Assembly: GCA_030704615.1 (NCBI GenBank)
Contig: CM060734.1
Location: 31,620,001-31,684,000, forward strand
DNA: 64,000 bases
Reading direction: 5' to 3'
From: Takakia lepidozioides
Lineage: Eukaryota > Plantae > Bryophyta
Below the pieces are notes generated by a model. That model saw only the letters and a list, made by a program, of their open reading frames with translations, did no database searches and was not told the DNA's origin. The translations under genes and the position numbers were made by a program. Shown here one piece after another: positions 1-11,539 of this stretch (the first letter of the stretch is position 1; every line of letters starts with the position of its first letter).

Positions 1-660
1 GGGCAGGTCTGTGTTTTTTTGCATTTATCAAGACCTGCTTACTGAGGGAATGAAGGCTTGGGATATGTTGTGTGCAACTGTTTCCAGATCTTCAGAACAA
101 CATGGCAGGCAGCTCATCAATAGCTTTCAACAGTCCTGGGGTAAAAATGACATTCTAAAAACCTGTCTTCCCAACATGCGGTACTGCTGGAAAGTCTCCA
201 CTCCCAATTCATGGGATATCTCCTCGTGATGGGGACGATGTGGACTTCAACTGGAGGCACAAGAAGCCTCGAGTTACCAAGTCTAGGACTCAGCTGCGTT
301 TTTAGCACGTAGCTCAAGAATCTTTTCTCAAACTTCTCCCTGCTCCAGACTTGGGTACTACTTTTGCCACCAATCAGCTGTTCTACGTGTTATCATTCTC
401 CTTGGCTGCTTATCAGCCTTGCTCTTTAGGCTCACTTGCTTTATCTCTCCTCATGCACTAGCTGCACTCATCTTTTTCCTGCTTCTCCGCTTGATTTGCT
501 CTTAGCTAGTATGCTTGGTCATGGGGAAGTTCCCCCTCAGTGAGCCTCTACGGCCTCCCTGGTGGTTATTTTTTCCACCTTAATGTGAACCTTTGTTTCA
601 TTTAATTTGATTAAAAGGGCCGCTGTTCCCTTTTTTTCTTTTAAAAAAACAAATTTTTTT
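1..660 (+). mobile_element. Possible 3' end of a decayed LINE
   Basis: Trp-rich degenerate ORF fragment (11-229), then a pyrimidine-rich UTR-like stretch ending in A/T runs at ~630-665; no diagnostic motif. Confidence 0.3.
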
Positions 661-1713
661 TTTGAGGAAGAGGTATTTTCTAAGCTTGACCGTCATGCAT
701 ATTTCTTCTTCTTTTTTTCTTTCTTTTTTAACATATTTCAAAGTGTTGAGGTTGTGTCTTCCCTAATTATCAAGTAATAACAATGACATTGTTTAAACCG
801 AACGATAAGCTCTTTGAGCTACTGTGGACTTCTTTTGCGATTGCGGTTGTCCCACCAGAGCGAAGGATCTTAAAAAACTCATGCCAGCTTTGCTCCCTGC
901 TCCACAATAGACCTTTGTGCCCGAAAATTCGACAGAATCAACATTATTACGAGTTCCTTTACGAAGTGGTGCAAGTGAGCTTTTCAACTACAATCATGCG
1001 AGTTGTTTTGGGCTCCATTGGACTATACACGATGAGGAACAAACGAACATGCCCAAACTTACCCAGATGCAAAACCAGCTTACGTCTTCAGTCTGGACGT
1101 TGGATGGCCTGTGAGTTCTCCCAGTCAAAGTGAGAAAATTGAAGATGGCAAGGAGGAAGGGGAGGGGATTGCTCCAAGATAATATGTCTCTTGCGTTTGT
1201 TGTCCTCCGGAATTGTTTCCAGCAATGTCGGCTCCCCCTGTCAAATCGTCCCCACCTCCTCTTACCCCTCTAGTCATCACTCTTAAACATTTTAGATTAC
1301 TGCTTATAGCGAGGAGTGGTTTGTTGGTAAGGCATTCGGTGCAGGGATCAATCTAGATTGATTTGTCACCTTGATCCCTGTATGTCTGGTGTCTGTTTTT
1401 TAGTTTAATTTCGTGAGTTACACCATTTGGAGTGTGCGTGTCACTCCAGTGACGTCACCCCATTTCGTGTCACTGCCATCACTCCAATTTGTGTAGCTCT
1501 AGAGAGAGGGTGGGGAAGCTCTTACCTGCCAAAACTCGAAACTGGTCTACTATGTGCTCTCAGAAATCGCATATGATCATATTATGGTGCAAAATTTGGA
1601 CCTAGGGGGAGGTTGGCAAGTTGGCTTCAAAACCCAACACGAAATTTACAAAACCCATTACAGTGCATTGAAGTGTTGGGCACAACGAGCCTATATAATC
1701 TTCGTAAAACCAA

Positions 1714-1875
1714 GTATCATTGCCCCTATCATTGCACACCATTCGCAAATCCCTAAGCACGGTCGACGGGTGTATAGTGATAGGCGCTGGGCATAGGGGT
1801 TTGCGCTGTCCACAGGTGCACAATGATAGGGGCTTGGGTGCGCGATGATAGGAGTCTTAAATGGGCAATGATAGG
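1714..1875. repeat. Nested inverted repeat / MITE-like palindrome upstream of the kinesin
   Basis: gcccctatcattgcacacc pairs with ggtgcacaatgataggggc; gcaaatccctaagcac pairs with gggcataggggtttgc; tatcattgccc pairs with gggcaatgata. Confidence 0.55.
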
Positions 1876-2285
1876 TACAGTTACCCTATATGAGAGTTTT
1901 GTTGACAAAAATAAAAACTACAACTTTAAGCAATTTCGCTGGCAAAATTCGATTCCTGATTTTTTCTTTTCCCAGATCGCTAAGTGTCATTTGGATGGCT
2001 TGTGCTAAAGTGAGTACACTTTGCAATAGTTTTGCAATTTTCCTCTTGTGAGCACATTTTCGTTTATAATAATATATGCGCTGGACATTCCCAAAGTAGA
2101 TGACTCAAAAAAAAAAAAAAACGTGACTATGCTCATAGAAAAGAAATACCTGCATAGCTTTATAAAAAGACCCAAGTGGGGTGACTGTGCTCGGAGGCCA
2201 CGACGTCAAGTGCGGCCAGAATTCCGAATTCCATTAGCTAATGTGAAATTCGCTTAACAGCAAACTCCTAGTGTGTCTGTGACAT

Positions 2286-2561
2286 AACGGAAATTTCTTA
2301 CCAGAATTTGCAAACAGCCGTTGTGGATGGATGATAACACGACCACTAATAATAATTTGAAGTATCCTTCCTTGCTGTCGCTGGCGGGTTAGAAGTGCCT
2401 TCATAGACGACAAACATCCCAATAGATGATAAAACGCTCGTCGCGAGAGCATAGGAATGAACGAACAGGAGGGGAGGTTGATGAGAAAAGGTATCATCCG
2501 GGCCAGGTCTCGACTATTCAGTCTTCGATAGAGAGGGGCGCAGTGCTCGCAACTAGCCGTT
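2286..2561. promoter_or_regulatory. Three MSA-core (AACGG) motifs upstream of the NACK-type kinesin
   Basis: AACGG at 2286-2290; CCGTT at 2318-2322 and 2557-2561. MSA elements bound by MYB3R factors are known in angiosperm NACK1 promoters. Confidence 0.5.
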
Positions 2562-2850
2562 ACCTCGCTTGCGCTTATGTTGTTCTGTGCCTCCACTTCC
2601 CTCGTTCTCGTGCCCGTCCTTCCCATTTCCATGCCAATCCATGTACCACGCATCTCTCATCTTTGAAGCTAATATGCATGTGGGAGGAAGATAATGTGTT
2701 CATTGCAAACAAGTTGGAAATCAAGGGGCGTGAGACCGTGAGAGCTTCGATCCCCTGCCTTCCAGCCAGAGGTGTATCAATCAGCCAGAGGTGAGACAAA
2801 ACTACGAGGAGCCAGGGCATATTGGGGACCGGGCAGGACGCAGGTTAGCC

Positions 2851-5800
2851 ATGACTGTCATAGATAAAGGAGGGGTGAAGGTAGGAGGAGGGGGAGCTGT
2901 AGGTTCGAAGGTGAAAAGCGGGGAGGAGAAAATTTTCGTGACAGTGCGGGTCAGACCTTTGAGCAGCAGGGAGCAAGCTCATTTTGAGAATTCGGAGTGG
3001 GAATGCACAAATGATCACACTATCGCTTTCAAGCATGCTCTGCCTGAGCGTTCGCCTTATCCTCCATCGTACACTTTTGGTAGGCATTTTGGTCTCTGTA
3101 ACTGGCTTTTTGTCTGTCTAAGTGCTTGTGCCTATTTCGTCCGTCTCATGTTTCGCCTGAAGAAACGGGAAACAGGAGAGTTCATGTCAGGATTTCCTTG
3201 GATTATGCTTTGTAATTAGCGCTGGGATGTACAGTCCTTTGTCCATACTTTCTGGAGAGTCCCTTTGCTGATAGATGAGCATGTGTACCTTCGCTTCAAT
3301 TTCTGAGAACCTAGTTGAAGAACTGTAATCAGCAGTTTTTCACCACTCGAGGTCGTTCAGGATTATCTTGCTATATGGAGGCAGTTTCTCACAATGCCAC
3401 TTGAAATCACTGAAAAGTAATCCTACGTCGACTTGAATGCGCACTCAGGCCAGGGAAATAAATTGGATGATGGAAAGAGTTTACGGTTGCAGAAGGAAGG
3501 TGGTGGTAAAGGAAGCTTAGTGCAGGTGCTAATTCATATCGTTCGTGGTGATAGATCGCGTTTTCGGACCGGATTGTTCAACGCGGCAAGTTTACGAGGA
3601 AGGTGCCAAAGATGTTGCTCTCTCGGCTTTAACGGGTCTCAACTGTAAGTTGCAGCCTATACTTCCTTGTAGTTTGCCACTCCTGTTTTGTTTTTGGGCC
3701 AGTAGAAATAAAATAGGTCATGCTGATGTTCTGATAAGTCTTGAACACCTGAGCTCTATACATAACAATCTGTATACGATCTGTACGCTTGGGACCACAA
3801 TCCATTCTACAGTTGGCGGGGGGCGGCAGAACATCGTGTAGTGACAGGGGGCTGGGCAGAGGAAAACTGTAAAGTATAGCAGGGCATTTGATGGTGGCGA
3901 GGAACGAAAGCTAGTGTATAACATGGGAAGCCTGTCACGGAAAATCAAGCTAGGTCTAAGATCTCGATCATCACTGCACAAACGATCTCCCATCGGAAGC
4001 CTCTGACTTGGGGTGCAATGCTTGCAGCAACCATTTTTGCTTATGGACAGACCAGCAGCGGGAAAACGTATACAATGAGAGGTGTCACAGAGAGTGCCAT
4101 GGCTGACATCTATGCTTATATTGCAAAGGTTAGACACGCTACAAGGATTGAATTTACTCTGTCATCCTTTGGACGTCATAAACATACTTGATCTTCTTTC
4201 TGCCTTTGTGTGCCCTCTCTCTCCATTTTTTAGCCTGGTTGTCTCCCAGAGTTTGTCCTTCGTTCTTTATTCTCCTCTTCCGTATCTCATTTCTTGCCAC
4301 TTTAGCTGTTTTCAACAGGGGTTGATTAATATGTGAGTCCTGGATGTTTGCAGAACCAAGACAGAAATTATGTTCTGAAAGTTTCAGCTCTGGAAATATA
4401 CAATGAGGTGGTGAAGGACCTTTTAGTTTCTGACGGCGGTCCCCTCAGGCTTCTTGATGACCCAGAAGTAAGTTAATCATCATATTTGCAGTCAAACTGC
4501 ACCTTCAGGTGAAACTACCTCTGCAGATCTTCTTCATCAAAATACCTTCTGAAACCTGGTCAAAGGCAGACATGGGTCATGCATGCTTGAACCAGGGCAA
4601 GCTTAGGCTGGTACACCCTCAATTGTTTTCATTCGAGAAAGTCCAGTTCAATCTGGTCTTAAAGGTGCAAATTTTGCAGACCTTTGTTACTTGTGCAGAT
4701 ATTCCCATGGGGATCACAGTGCCTGGGGAGGGGTTCAGTAAGGGTAAGTCATTTCCAAACCAAGAATTTATCTCGAAGTTGACCAAATGAATATATGTAC
4801 GAGTATGCTGACAAAAGGTGGTGGATCCAATGCAGAGGGGAACTGTTGTGGATAAGTTGAATGAAGAGACTGTGCGTGACAGTGACCACCTGCAGCAAAT
4901 TCTAAAGACCTGTGAAGGTGAATACCGTAGCCACACCTTGGACCTGCATCCTTCCATACCTCCGATTTTATGCAATTTATATGTAGGGATGTTCTGATGA
5001 TTGAGACACTTTTTGGCTCTGATCATTTGGTTATTTTTTTAATAATTCTTTTGTCTTTAACATAGTTGATTCTCCAAGATTCTGCATGACTCACCCTTTC
5101 ATGTCTTTTCCAGTCAACACTTGAAGAATTTCTTTGGTTTTATATCCCGGTGGTCATTTTTCTTGTGCAGCTCAGAGACAGGTTGGAGAGACATCACTGA
5201 ATGATTCTTCCTCAAGGTCTCACCAAATTATACGTTTGGTCAGTTCCCTTACCAGCTTTGCCTGGTTCATCTATGGACATGTGTTCCCTTCTTGGGTAAC
5301 TTCCTTGGGCACGTGGTTATTTGTCTACTCTGCTAAGTGGATGGCATTGTGTTTGTGTAGACGGTGGAGAGCCAACCTCAAGGGTTAGCCATTGGAACCA
5401 AAGCAACTTCACTGATTGCAAGCCTGGTCTGACCTTCTCTTTGCACTTAGCCCTTGCATGGTGCTTTGATATTGATATGGGGCTTTCACTGGACGTTAAA
5501 CTGACTTTTACTCTATTTAATTCAAGTAGGTAAACTTGACCACACACCTCTCCAAATGTGTGGTAGTGTGTTTATTACTTCCATCTATCAGAATGTGGCT
5601 GTGTATCTTTTGACATGTTACCAACCCTACTTGAAAGGGGGCAATAGCCGCAAGGTAAAGTGGTTGTCTAGTTACGGAGACTACAGCCATAGTCATCTCT
5701 CTGTTGGCACTTGCACTTGTGCAGTGTTTTGTATTAGGTGAAGTCCTGCACTGAGGATTTTTTATTTTTGTTTGCAAAAGGGGAGCAGATGCCCTTAAAA

Positions 5801-8800
5801 CTTTATAAACTTAAGTGAGGCCCAAAAAGGTCAATAAAGAACAAGAGATCAAGGAAAAAATAACCTCGAAAAGCCGTGAAGGCTTAAACAAGAGGAGATT
5901 CTATCCAGTAACCAGATAGAAAGGAAGAGAGTGAGCTATGGAGGAAAGAAAGGAGGGAGAGAAGGTAAGCAGCAGAAGGCAGAGTCTAAACTTTGTCCAA
6001 CTTTGTTACAGAATTTTGTTGACCTGGCGGGGAGTGAGCGAGCATCACAGACAATGGCTGATGGGGCCAGGCTGAAGGAAGGAGCCCACATAAATCGCAG
6101 CTTGCTTACCCTCAGCACTTGTATTCGCAAGCTTAGGTTACCATCTCCTCCTTTCTCTTTCCTGACTTGGATTCACTTTTGAGAAAAAATTGGAGCTCTT
6201 TAACTCTCATAAATTAACAAGGCTTACAGTAGGGTTAGTAGCTACAAGTCTGTTTTCAACTCACTGTTGTTGCTTTATCATCGGTTCTGTGCACATGTTG
6301 GAATATCAACACAGATTACTTACCGAATGCATTGTAAGAATTGTTCAGCTGCACAAGCTTCTCAATGTCTTGACTCTGTTGTGGGCATTGACTTGTGGTG
6401 CAGTGGAGGTAGCAAAACCAAAAGTGGACACATCCCATACAGAGATTCGAAACTCACTCGAATCCTGCAGCATTCGCTTGGAGGAAATGCAAGGACGGCA
6501 ATTATTTGCACCATGAGCCCTGCACATAGTCATGTGGACCAATCGCGCAACACCCTTTCCTTCGCTACAAGGGCCAAGGAAGTCACCAACACTGCTCATG
6601 TCAACCTGGTAATTACCCTGAGTTTCACTGCTTATTTTACTACCCTTTGAATAGCATCTGGGTTCAATTCAAAGCTGTTTTGCATCCATAGATAGAGATA
6701 AAGTAGTTTGGGCCACATTCAATACTTTCTCACAGGCGTCATGGTGGATAACAGGTGGTATCAGATAAAGTGTTGGTGAAACAACTTCAGAAGGAGGTAG
6801 CCAGACTTGAGGCTGAACTGAAGGTCCCTGATAGTACAGATGGTTTCTCATCAGAAGCGCTCCTGCAATCTAAAGACCTTCAAATTCAAAAGGTGTGTGT
6901 CCTATGTGCTATTCACAAGTATTATTTACATGTTGAATTAGTCTAGGTAGTGGCATATTTTCACTGTCTTTCACACAGTTTGTGCTTTCCACAGCCTTAG
7001 GCATAATTCAATGAACCCGTTACATACTACTTTGGCCATTGGACAGATGGACCAAGAGTTGAAGGAGCTGAAAGCCCGTCTTGCTGAGGTCAGTAAGAAG
7101 CTACAGGCTGAAGAAGAGGCCAAAAAACAGGCTGAGGAGGCAGCCAGAAAATATGCGGAGGAGGCAAGTCGAAGGAGATACTCAGATTCTGGTGACCACC
7201 TCAAAAAATTGGAGGCTCAGCAGCCACAGACGCCTCCTACTAACACACGACTGAAGGCACCTGGAATGTCGCTCAGACAGTCGTCTTCTGCGTCCCTCAT
7301 GTTGGTGCAAGAGATTCGAAAGCTGGAGAATCTGCAAGATGAATTGGGTGAGGACGCCAACCGTGCACTGGAAGCCCTCCAGAAGGAAGTCGAGTGTTTG
7401 CGGTTGGCCCAAGCCGGGATGAACCAGGATGCTTCTTCCACCATAAAGAAGCTGCAAGACGAAATTCACAACATGCATGCCTTGCGAGCAACGAAAAGTG
7501 GGAAAGAGGGAGCAGAGGGCCAAGATGGTACAGGGGGAGTCCCTCATATGCGAGTGTCCATCAGTTTAAGTAAGTCCTCACTGAGACAAGAACTCTCTCG
7601 ACTTGGAGAGAGAGACAAAACTGATGCAGATGCTGCCATAGCCACCCTGGAGGAGCAGCTTGAGAGTGTGCAGAAGTCCTTGGACAACATGGTAATTGTG
7701 TCTGGAGACTCACAAAAGACCCCAATAAGGAAGAAGAAGCCTGTTCCGCTCAGTGCGACCAGCAGCAGCCGGCAGAGGCTTATGGGTAGCAGCCCTCCTT
7801 GCTCTCCAGCAGCCCGCCGCAGCTTGAACCTGGAGAACAATGAAAACACACCTCCACTGGGTGTGCGTGAGAACACAGTATCCCCTCGCATTGGAGAGAA
7901 TGCTTCACCTCATGCTACTGGAAACCGAAAACCAGGACCTTCCCCAGTGAAATCCAGCGATACTTCTTCGAGTTTATGCTCCAAAGATAGTCCAGGGGGA
8001 ACGCACAAGCGGGCCAATTCAGTGGATATACGGAAAATGCAAAATATGTTCAAGACTGCAGCTGAGGACAACATTAAGAGTATTCGTGCCTACGTCACGG
8101 AGCTCAAGGAACGTGTGGCCAAGCTCCAGTACCAGAAGCAGCTGCTAGTATGCCAGGTATGCGGGGTTGTACCCTCCTTTGACATCACTAGAAAGAGGGC
8201 TGATGTTATAGGGATTCTCGCTGACATATGTGATGAATGAACAGGTGTTGGAGCTAGAGACCAGCGGCAACAACAGTAGTGATGAGGGAGGCGAGGGAGC
8301 CTGCAGTCAGGACCTTGCAGTTTTCCCAGTATACTCACCAGCCACTTGGCATTACCAATTTGAGCAGCAGCGAAACCATATTTTAGAGCTCTGGGACATG
8401 TGTCATGTATCTATCATCCACAGGACACAATTCTACCGACTTTTCAATGGGGCTCCTGCGGATGCCATATATATGGAAGTAGAGCTTCGTCGATTGACAT
8501 GGCTGCAGGAGCAGTCCTTGGCCGTGGAGTCTCAAAGCCCCAAGAACACACTCTCTGCTCAGGACGAGCATTTAATACCTCCCAGCCCTCTCTCTGCCAG
8601 GTGAGTGAAGGTTTCCAGTCAAAATTAGCTCTCGAATGTTGTCAAGTTCCTTTCTTTTCTTTTCAGTCTCTCACAATAATGTTTCTAATTTTTGTAATCT
8701 CATCTGCAGCTTTCGGAGCTTGAAACGTGAGAGAGACTTACTAGCAAGGCGCATGAGGGCAAGACTGAGCGCCGAGGAGAGGGAAGAGCTATTTTGCAGA

Positions 8801-9031
8801 TGGGGCATCCCACTGGACACGAAGCAGCGGAAACTGCAGCTAGTGCATAGGGTGTGGACCGAACCCCACAACCGAGAGCATATTGAAGCCAGTGCCGATG
8901 TGGTGGCGCGCATAGTAGGCATTTGGGAGTCCGGCAGTGTTTCAAAGGAGATGTTTGAATTAAATTTTTCCCCTGCAGGTAACGTCTCAAGGCCATGGAC
9001 GTCCGGGCTTTCTTCGCTCCTTACTTTCTAG
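2851..9031 (+). CDS. NACK1: Kinesin-7, NACK1/HINKEL/TETRASPORE-type cytokinetic kinesin with C-terminal NACK (DUF3490) domain, 1001 aa
   Basis: GT-AG exons 2851-3079, 3555-3644, 4028-4128, 4354-4467, 4836-4917, 5171-5238, 5361-5426, 6012-6136, 6404-6608, 6755-6892, 7047-8156, 8245-8600, 8710-9031 total 3006 nt in frame. Motifs [70 protein letters not shown]...[11 protein letters not shown]. Confidence 0.95.
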
Positions 9032-9688
9032 TTTCCGAATATTCCTCCAATACACCCCTCATTGTTATATAGCCTCAGATCATTGTAGTTTGATTGGACT
9101 AATTAAAACAAGTCCTCCTTCAAAAATATGCAATTCTTGTATGATGGATACTTCGTTGGATTCTGAAACTAAAAAGCTGGTGTCCCTCCATTGAAATTTT
9201 CGACAGGTTAAGTGAGGCTGGACTTGAAACGCTTTTCAATCGGGGCTTAGCAATGTTTACGGTGTCTCTATTTTTCTTTGTCCCCCCACGCGCACACATG
9301 CAGACAGCAAATTTAGAGTGAAGGGTGTGTTAGGTGTTTAACCACACTGTCAAAGTGCATTCCACCAAAATGAGTTGGGTGAATTGAGGCAGGTCTTCTC
9401 CCTCCGGGAAGCTGATGAGGCGTGGACCTTGAAATTGAGCTTACAGACCAACGATCACAACTACCTCTCTGGAATGTGAATTTGCATGAGTACATGTGGG
9501 CTCTCATCGTGGTAAGGTGGTTTTAAAAAAAACCTTTCAGCTTATGCGATGCCCCATTACATCTCACTGACCTTTGCGACACCAGCTATTACCATCATCA
9601 TATCAATGAAAAGAATCCACTAGAAGATGGGTCCTCAGTATCCGGTATGAAGAGGTGAGCGCTCTCCGAGGGCAAATTATTGGACGTA

Positions 9689-9853
9689 GCGCACTGGTGA
9701 AGGGATCTGCCGTCGCGTCACTTTCCCGCCAGGCTATATCCCGTAGAGAAGTGCCTCCTCCCACTTTTTCTACCTACTGACCATATTTTTCCATGCGGAG
9801 GTGGTACTGGAAGATATCAGAGGGTGACCGGCTGGATCCCTTTACCAGTGCGC
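9689..9853. mobile_element. Small MITE with TIRs and TA flanks (Tc1/mariner-Stowaway-like)
   Basis: TA|gcgcactggtgaagggatc ... gatccctttaccagtgcgc|TA (18/19 inverted match). Confidence 0.7.
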
Positions 9854-10554
9854 TATGCTAGGTAGTGCCTCGGTTGTAGCCGGTTCCTAGCACAACCCAC
9901 GGTCATGGGTGTTTTATGAATTTTTAGCCTCGGTCATAGGAGTTATATGTTTTCAAAATGGAATAAAACCATAAGCGGATATAGAGGACTGGTGCATTTA
10001 TACAGTCCATCTGCACCAATCTAGCGAGGCGAAACCTTCAGTAGTGTAGCCAGAAACCCTAAACCTATAGTAGCGGCGGCAAGTGTCGCATTGAGAAATA
10101 CTTGGTGATATGAGCACAAACCTAAGCAGCGGTGGGTTTCGCATTGAGAAGAGAGAAAACAAATATCGCAACAATTTCATGCAACGAAAACAAAACAGCT
10201 GACACAAAATACAATTCTAATGCTATTGAAAATGTGATGCTAAATAGAACTCGAAAAAATGTATTTGTTCCCTCATCTGAAAATAACACCAAATACACAA
10301 TAAACAGAAAATATAGCGATATTAATTGAAATGATTTACATGACAATATAGACATAATAACAAATGAGGATATTTTCGTTTACTGAAATTTTCTTTAGGA
10401 ACGGAGTTTACATGTACATTTGTTAGTTAGATCATCAATAAAACCAAGATATTCCTTCTTGTGCCATGAATTTTAACACAGAATCTGAGAAGGTCTGAGA
10501 TTGTTTTGCTTTGAGAACATCAATGTCGACAATTTTTACTAATGAATTCAACAA

Positions 10555-11538
10555 TTGAAAAGGATTTCTCAACACAAAACTATTGTCTGACAGTGCTTGA
10601 GTTCAAAAACCACCATGCTTTTGAACCAATATGGAGGGATACTAACTCAGCAATTTCAATTGCTTCGCCATAACAAATAAATTTCTATACACGAAACTCT
10701 TTTCTGTTAGTGTTTTTGTTCGAAACACTACATGCTTTTGAACAAATATGGAGAGATATGAACTAAAGGATTTGAAATACTTCGCCGTAACAAAAGAGTT
10801 TCTCAACACAAAACTCTTGTCCAACTGTGGTTGTGTACAAAATCCTGCATACTTTTGAAACAATATGGAGGGATACGAACTGAGGGATTTGAACTTCTTC
10901 GCCGTAAAAAAAAGTTTTCTCAATACGAAACTCTTGTCTGATAATGTTAAGAATCTGCATGCTTTAGAACCTATATGGAGGGATATGAACTGCTTCGGCG
11001 TAGCAAAGAGTTTCTCAACACGAAACTCTTCTCTAACAGTGTTTCTGTTCAGAAACCTGCATGCATTTGGAACAATAAGGAGGGATACGAACTGAGGGAT
11101 TTGAACTTTTTCGCCTTAACAAAAGAGTTTTTCAACACAAAACTATCGTCTAACATTGTTTTGGTTCAAAAAACTGCATGCTTTTGAACCAATATGGAGG
11201 GATATGAACTGAGGGATGTGTACTTATTTGCCTGTACAAGAGTTTCTCAATACGAAACTCTTCTCTGATAGTGTTTTTTGTTCAAAAACCTACATGCTTT
11301 TGAATCAATATGGAGGGATATGAACTGAGGGATTTGAATTGCTTCGCCATAACAAAATAGTTTCTTAACACAAATCTCTAGTGTGACAATGATTGTGTTC
11401 AAAATCGTGCACCCTTTTGAAACAATATTAAGGGATATGAATTGAGGCATTTGAACTCCTTTGCCGTGACAAAAGAGTTTCTCCATACGAAACACTTGTG
11501 TGACAGTGTTCTTATTCAAAAACTTGCATATATTTGAG
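10555..11538. repeat. ~117-bp tandem satellite, block 1 (~8 units)
   Basis: Unit aaagagtttctcaacacgaaactcttgtctgacagtg...atatggagggatatgaactgagggatttgaac recurs with 117-bp spacing (10684, 10801, 10918). Confidence 0.9.
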
Positions 11539-11539
11539 T

